Shown here in pieces: positions 57,358 through 64,000 of a stretch of DNA of 64,000 nucleotides; the stretch's first letter is position 1, and every line of letters begins with the position of its first letter. The notes below the pieces were generated by a model. It did no database searches, had not been told where the DNA came from, and saw only the letters and a program-made list of their open reading frames with translations. The position numbers and the translations under genes are program-made. The DNA is from Octopus vulgaris (lineage: Eukaryota), in assembly GCA_951406725.2 (NCBI GenBank), contig OX597816.1, positions 83,762,001-83,826,000 on the forward strand, in the 5' to 3' direction.

Positions 57358-57710
57358 TTCTCACTTTCTTTCCCGTAGTTCCAAAATTAATTCAAATTTA
57401 GGAAACTCACTAAATTCACTTCGTCTGGTGTGTGCATTTTAGAAATCCATATTGGCAAAATCAGTAAGGTGCTGTCTGAAACAAGTGTTGCCTTGCTATG
57501 TTCCGAATTCAAATCCTATTAGGTTTAGAATTGGCATCTGAATGTTTCTAGATCAGGGATCGATAAAATAGATGCTACTAGCAAGATTTTAGATCTTTGT
57601 GACCAGTGTTTTTTTTTGTATTATTTTTCTTTAAAACTCATCATCATTGGAACCAATGGGTCTCGAAATTAGACGGAATGAAAGTTTTGTCCATCACATT
57701 TACATTCCTA

Positions 57711-58075
57711 TTTCCTTTCTACTATAGGCACAAGGCCTGAAATTTGGGGGAGGGGGCTAGTCGATTATATCGACCCCAGTACATAACTGGTACCTAATTT
57801 ATCGACCCTGACAGAATGAAATGCAAAGTCGACTTCGGTGGAATTTGAACTCAGAACGTAGCGGCAGACGAAATACCTATTTCTTTACTACCCACAAGGG
57901 GCTAAACACAGAGAGGACAAACAAGGACAGATAAAGGGATTAAGTCGATTATATCAACCCCAGTGTGTAACTGGTACTTATTTAATCGACACCGAAAGGA
58001 TGAAAGGCAAAGTCGACCTCGGCGGAATTTGAACTCAGAACGTAGCGGCAGACGAAATACCGCTAAGCATTTCGC
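57711..58075 (-). mobile_element. Two tandem SINE family B units
   Basis: The segment GTCGATTATATC...CTGGTAC...AAAGTCGAC...GGAATTTGAACTCAGAACGTAGCGGCAGACGAAATACC occurs twice (57760-57878 and 57944-58061). Confidence 0.85.
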
Positions 58076-58137
58076 TCAACTAATCGCTTTTTTTTACATT
58101 CCTATACCGTTATAATCATTATCATCATTTGTTACCA

Positions 58138-58352
58138 AGGCGGCGAGCTGGCAGAAACGTTAGCACGCCGGGCGAAATGCTTAGCGGTATTTCGTCTGCC
58201 ATTACGTTCTGAGTTCAAATTCCGCCGAGGTCGACTTTGCCTTTCATCCTTTCGGGGTCGATTAAATAAGTACCAGTTACGCACTGGCATCGATGTAATC
58301 GACTTATTCCCCCCACAAATGTCAGGCCTTTGTGTCTATAGTAGAAAGGATT
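58138..58352 (+). mobile_element. SINE family B, full length
   Basis: AGGCGGCGAGCTGGCAGAAACGTTAG (A-box-like), GAGTTCAAATTCC (B box), body and TATAGTAGAAAGGATT tail; multiple copies in the window. Confidence 0.88.
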
Positions 58353-58986
58353 GTTATCATCTGTCACCATATTCTTTATCAACAAATCTGTAAGCCAATG
58401 AAGGATCCTCTTATATACGATCGATCGATCTGCTGTAAAAAAAACCAACCAAATTTGCATCAAATAATATATTACTTAACCAATGTCGTCTCAAGGTGGA
58501 TGTTGTGGCGATGGTCACGACATCACTTGTGAGAATAGACTGACCGAACGACTATGAATAGTAGCAGACTGAGTGAGGCAGGTACAGAGTGGGCGTTAAT
58601 GGCGAGAAATCGTTAGGTGTCGTTTTGGTAGTTTGTCGGAATATCGTTTGTTGGTTCGTTTTAGTTCGTGGAGAGCTTGTTGGGTTGTTACGTTGTTGTT
58701 ACCCGGCTTCGTCACATATTTTATTGCTACTACACGGTTATAGTGTAAAGTCTCATCATAACAATTGGCAATACAACAGAGGGCCTCATCTAACTGTAAA
58801 GGTTTAGAGGCATAAAAATGTCAGAATGATCAGGAATGGAACGGCCTTGATTATAGGCCCATCTCATCAAAGCTAGCTTGAAGCTAAACGACATGGTCAA
58901 ATCTATTTAGAGACAGTTTTGTTTTCGTTTTCTTGTGATTTTTTCATGTATATTTCAATATATCTTTTGTTGTATGTACATACATT

Positions 58987-59110
<124 letters not shown>

Positions 59111-59529
59111 ACGCACGCATATGCTGTACCTTGTGCAGTAAAGCATTACTTGACATTACGCAGGTACATTTGATCTGTACACATCAATGAGGAGACCCCT
59201 GCTCCATGTGAGTCACTATCAACAAACATTCACGTTCTCACTGCAAACAGTTAAACATGATTCGCTTTAAACTCTCACGTTCAACAGTTTGTTTCGAATA
59301 GAGACGAACGGTTGTCATTAGCGAATCAACAAACGATAATGATGTGAGCTAACCAAGTCCCCCTCTCTCTCTCTCTCTCTTTGTATGCTTATGCGTATTT
59401 ATGATTGCATGTAGTTGTGCGAGATGTATGTATGCGTTTATTTGTAAGCCATGTGTCTAACGGTGTATAAGTAAATCTTTGAGTATGCATTTGTAGTTTA
59501 TAGTATATGTATTCATGCATATATGTGTG

Positions 59530-59641
<112 letters not shown>

Positions 59642-59883
59642 TAGATATTGGGGAGCGAGGAGAATAGGAATGAAAAGGAGGAGGGGAGAAAACTGAAGAA
59701 AGAAAAGTGGGTGACAGAAAGACGATAGAAATAATATGATCGTTGGATATATGGGTGGACGTGTGACTGTGTAAGTGTTATTGCGTTAGTGTATGTATTT
59801 GCATAACTGTGATAGGTACAAGATTGTTGAGAAATGTACATAGAACCTTGTATGTGAGTTGTGTGCGTGTATGTACGCGTTTC

Positions 59884-59915
<32 letters not shown>

Positions 59916-60169
59916 TGTATATATGCATGTATGCCTTTATTCAGTTTTATCTCAAGATTTCTTGCCAATAAAGAGCCGGTTTCTCACCTAGATCCAAAGA
60001 TCCTTCATTGGAATTTCAACATCAACAACAGGGTATTTTTGTTGTATGTATGTATGTATGTATGTATGTATGTATGTATGTATGTGTGCAGATTTGTATG
60101 TTTTACTTTATGTATGTACTCTCATGCATATAGTTACATACCTAGACATGTTCATATATATCTAAATGA

Positions 60170-60365
60170 TAAACTTGTGGAAAGTTTTACAGATTTTTAC
60201 TGTTCCAATGAAGAATTGGATCTGTAGTCTTCGAATTAGCTTTTCCTTTTCTGGTTTTGAAAAGCATAATTTCCCAAGATTGGTATTTTGGCAGTGTATT
60301 GTATACCCAGTGCTCCAATAATTACAGGTATAAACCTGAACTTGTTATCTGGGTTGAGTAGCTGT
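60170..60365 (-). mobile_element. R4/Dong-like RLE 3' fragment
   Basis: IQLLNPDNKFRFIPVIIGALG motif, similar to the IPIIVGALG motifs at 53930 and 40120. Confidence 0.55.
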
Positions 60366-60389
60366 ATGTATGCATATATGTATTCTTTT

Positions 60390-60745
60390 GCACTTTTGCT
60401 TGTTTCAGTCATTTGACTGCGGCCATGCTGGAGCACGACTTTAGTCGAACAAATCGATCCAAGGGCTTATTCTTCGTAAACACACGAACATTAGTTGTCA
60501 AACAATAGTGGGATGATAAAAACAGACACACAAATGCACATACACACACACAAATACACAGATACACACATATCTATATACATATATATAATGGTCTTTC
60601 AGATTCTGTCCATCAAATTCACTCACAAGGCTTTGGTCGTCCGGAGGCTATAGTAGAAGACACTTGCTCAAGGTACCACGCAGTAAGACTGAACCCGGAG
60701 CCATGTGGTTGGGAAGCAATCTTCTAATAACACAGCCACTCCTGA
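60390..60745 (-). mobile_element. SINE family A copy
   Basis: Reverse complement of 62580-62995 with an internal deletion. Confidence 0.82.
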
Positions 60746-61261
60746 GGAATGAGAAGCAGCGCGAGTGTAGTAAAAGTTATCGAACACACATACACTATAT
60801 ATTTGCTTCACTAGTTCGCCGGTCGGTTACATGTCCACGCGGCGTAGGTTGAGCCTTTTAAAGCACTGGGCGTTAAAACGCTTGAAAGTCATAGTAATAG
60901 ACAGGCGAAAGAACTCTCATTCAGGGGCAGTGAACATCGAAGTTTCACCGTTTTTGTGGCCTATCAATATCACGTACCTGCACCGAACCGGAGGCAAATT
61001 GAATAGCTTGCCCATGACTATATGTAACCTCCATATATATATATGAACCAGAATAGATGGAAACTGTACAAAAAGGGCATCGGTATCACGTTGATTCTTC
61101 CTAAGAATAACGTTACGAGTATATGTATCTGTGAAATGCTGAGGTACATTAAAATAGAGAGCAGATAACTGTGATCGAACAACCGAATCCCCATCGTCAA
61201 ACGATGCATATCCATCTCCCCAACACACGTAAGAATACATATGTGAAAAAAATGATTAATA

Positions 61262-61413
61262 TAGGCACAAGAATGGGTGTGTGATTAAGCCACATGGCTT
61301 CAGATTTCAATTCCACTGAGTGGCACCTTGAGCTAGTGACTTCTACTATAGCTCCGAGCCAAACCAATGTTTAAGTGAGTGGATGTGATAGAAAGAAACC
61401 GTATTGAAGCTCA

Positions 61414-61416
<3 letters not shown>
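61262..61416 (+). mobile_element. SINE family A, 5' part
   Basis: AGGCACAAGAATGGGTGTGTG...CCACTGAGTGGCACCTTGAGCTAGTGACTTCTACTATAGC...GTGAGTGGAT, ending in (TG)n. Confidence 0.7.
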
Positions 61417-61467
<51 letters not shown>

Positions 61468-61903
61468 TGGAACACGGTAGAAAAACGATGGAACACTGGT
61501 AGATTAGAATAACTCTAGGATTGGCTGCAAGTTAAAAATATGAAGATTGTATTTAAAGAAAAGTGAGGAAGAAAAAGAAACGTATCAAATAAAAAAAAAA
61601 AAAGAAACCGAGGTAGCGCAAGTACACATTTAGAAATTGTACATCATAATAAAATACATATTGCACTACACCGACGAAACGACATTCAGAGAAGGCACAC
61701 ATACATATAGGCACATACAGTTACACATACAGTTACATACAAACACGTCTGTGCATTATATACATATAGACGCTCTCAGTCATCTATAATCATGTTTTGT
61801 ACGTCTGTAATAAAATATAATAGTGAGGAATTTAGAATTGTTAAGATTTGTGTCGCCAGTCGGATTTTTTAGTCAGATATTTCAAGGTAAATTATGAACA
61901 GTC

Positions 61904-61989
<86 letters not shown>

Positions 61990-62475
61990 ATGTGTGTGTG
62001 TAAGTATAACGTTATGATAAAATACATTGGCTATTGAAACTAATTCCTTTCATTCTGAAAGAGATTAATCTGCAAATCTTGTTAACTGAATAGAATACAA
62101 TATAGACGACTATGGCTAAATGCCGTCTTGATAAGCTTTTGTGGTTCTATCAGTATATAAACCTATGCACACACCTACAAAACATTATACAATTACGTCT
62201 ATCTATCAATACACCCTCCTCCACACACACACATACGAACATTTACATACACATACGCACGCACACACATATGATTTTGATATTTTACTGGTTTCAGTCA
62301 ATGGAGTGGGACTATGCTGGAGTTGCTTTTTATAGGTGTTTTGTCAGTTCAGATAAGCCCAGTGCGTTTCATATTTTATAGACCTCAAAAGATGACAAGG
62401 AAGGTAGTTGAATCGGATCAAGTACAGCATTCTCGTTGATCCACTCATTTTATTATTGCTTGCGCGCGTGTATGC

Positions 62476-63029
<554 letters not shown>

Positions 63030-63140
63030 CACACACGCATACACGCGCGCAAGTAATAATAAAATTGGTGGATCAACGAAACCAGCCGAAATTGTAAAGA
63101 TAATCTAGAACTCGACTGAGGAAAGAAAACTCCGAATGAC

Positions 63141-63883
63141 CCGTCCTTGTTTATTTCGTATCGTCTGTCTGGATGTTTTGTTGTCCTTTTTTGTATCACC
63201 TAACTGTCTGGATGTTTTGCGTTCTTGTCTCAGTTTTGTATTTCTATATATAACAAAATATAGCGGCATACGTATACTTTGGTCTCTTATATGTAAGTAT
63301 ATATATATCGAAATTTTGTACTACTCTATTATTATTTCTATTCTTTCATTCTGTTATCATCCTTTTCACACTTCATTCCCCCTCTCTCACATTTCCTGGC
63401 CTTCTCTTCATGCACATTTCCCCTCCCCTTTCACATCCCTCTGTCCCTTTCATTTTTCCTCGCCCCTCCTTAATTCTTCTATCTCTCTGTCTCTACCACT
63501 CTCTCTTCTCTCCCCATGTGACAGACGTTCGGCCAGGCCTGACCTTACTTTCTTGGTTCGACTACCATCTGTGCAACATCTATATTCCACCCTGTGCCTG
63601 TCAAACCCTATGTCCCTGCCGTAAGGCTTTACTTCCACACACGCCAGCTTAATTTAATTCGTCCTTAATCGAAGGACACCTGTCGTTATGTCTTGTTATT
63701 GACATTTGTATTTGTGTAACATTTCTCCGTTTTTTCCGTCCTTGATTTTTTTTTGTATCGTCTGTCTGGATGTTTTGTTGTCCCTTTTTGTATCACCTAA
63801 CTGTCTGGATGTTTGCGTTCTTGTCCCATTTTTCTATTTTATATATATAAAAAATATAGCAGCGTACGTATACTTTGGTCTCT
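63141..63883 (+). repeat. ~145-bp direct repeat pair (63141-63287 and 63736-63883), probable pseudo-LTRs
   Basis: Both copies read CCGTCCTTG...GTATCGTCTGTCTGGATGTTTTGTTGTCC...TATCACCTAACTGTCTGGATG...AAATATAGCRGCRTACGTATACTTTGGTCTCT. Confidence 0.8.
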
Positions 63884-63924
63884 CTCTCCCTCTCTCTCTC
63901 TCCACACACACACATATACATATT

Positions 63925-64000
63925 TAGTTGAAATTTACAGAAAAACAAGAGACGAAGACAGGTGTATAAACAACAAGCAGGTGTATTAGTTTGACGCTCG
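63925..64000 (-). mobile_element. Terminal fragment of the same repeat family as 1-100
   Basis: The reverse complement reads CGAGCGTCAAACTAATACACCTGCTTGTTGTTTATACACCTGTCTTCGTC. Confidence 0.5.

Overview
AT-rich, microsatellite-dense eukaryotic DNA. The SINE/LINE content and repeat style suggest a cephalopod (Octopus-like) genome; this is an inference. The only host coding sequence I can support is one 73-bp internal exon (3496-3568, minus strand) encoding the start of the ARID domain of an ARID3/dead ringer (retained) transcription factor. Most of the window is therefore probably very large intron sequence of that gene. The rest consists of three tRNA-headed SINE families, decayed LINE fragments (CR1/L2-like, an internally deleted Tx1/L1-like element, R4/Dong-like), Penelope-like remnants, an abundant degenerate short repeat and many simple repeats. 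The standout is a 547-bp foldback (13502-14048) with 246-bp, indel-free, ~94% identical arms. Each arm carries a type I hammerhead ribozyme motif with a long helix II and a palindromic minimal helix III. The + copy looks intact, while the copy sense to the host pre-mRNA has a helix I mismatch. Many decayed hammerhead-like motifs are scattered across the window. Almost all ORF-track entries are microsatellite translations. All alignments and coordinates were read by eye.
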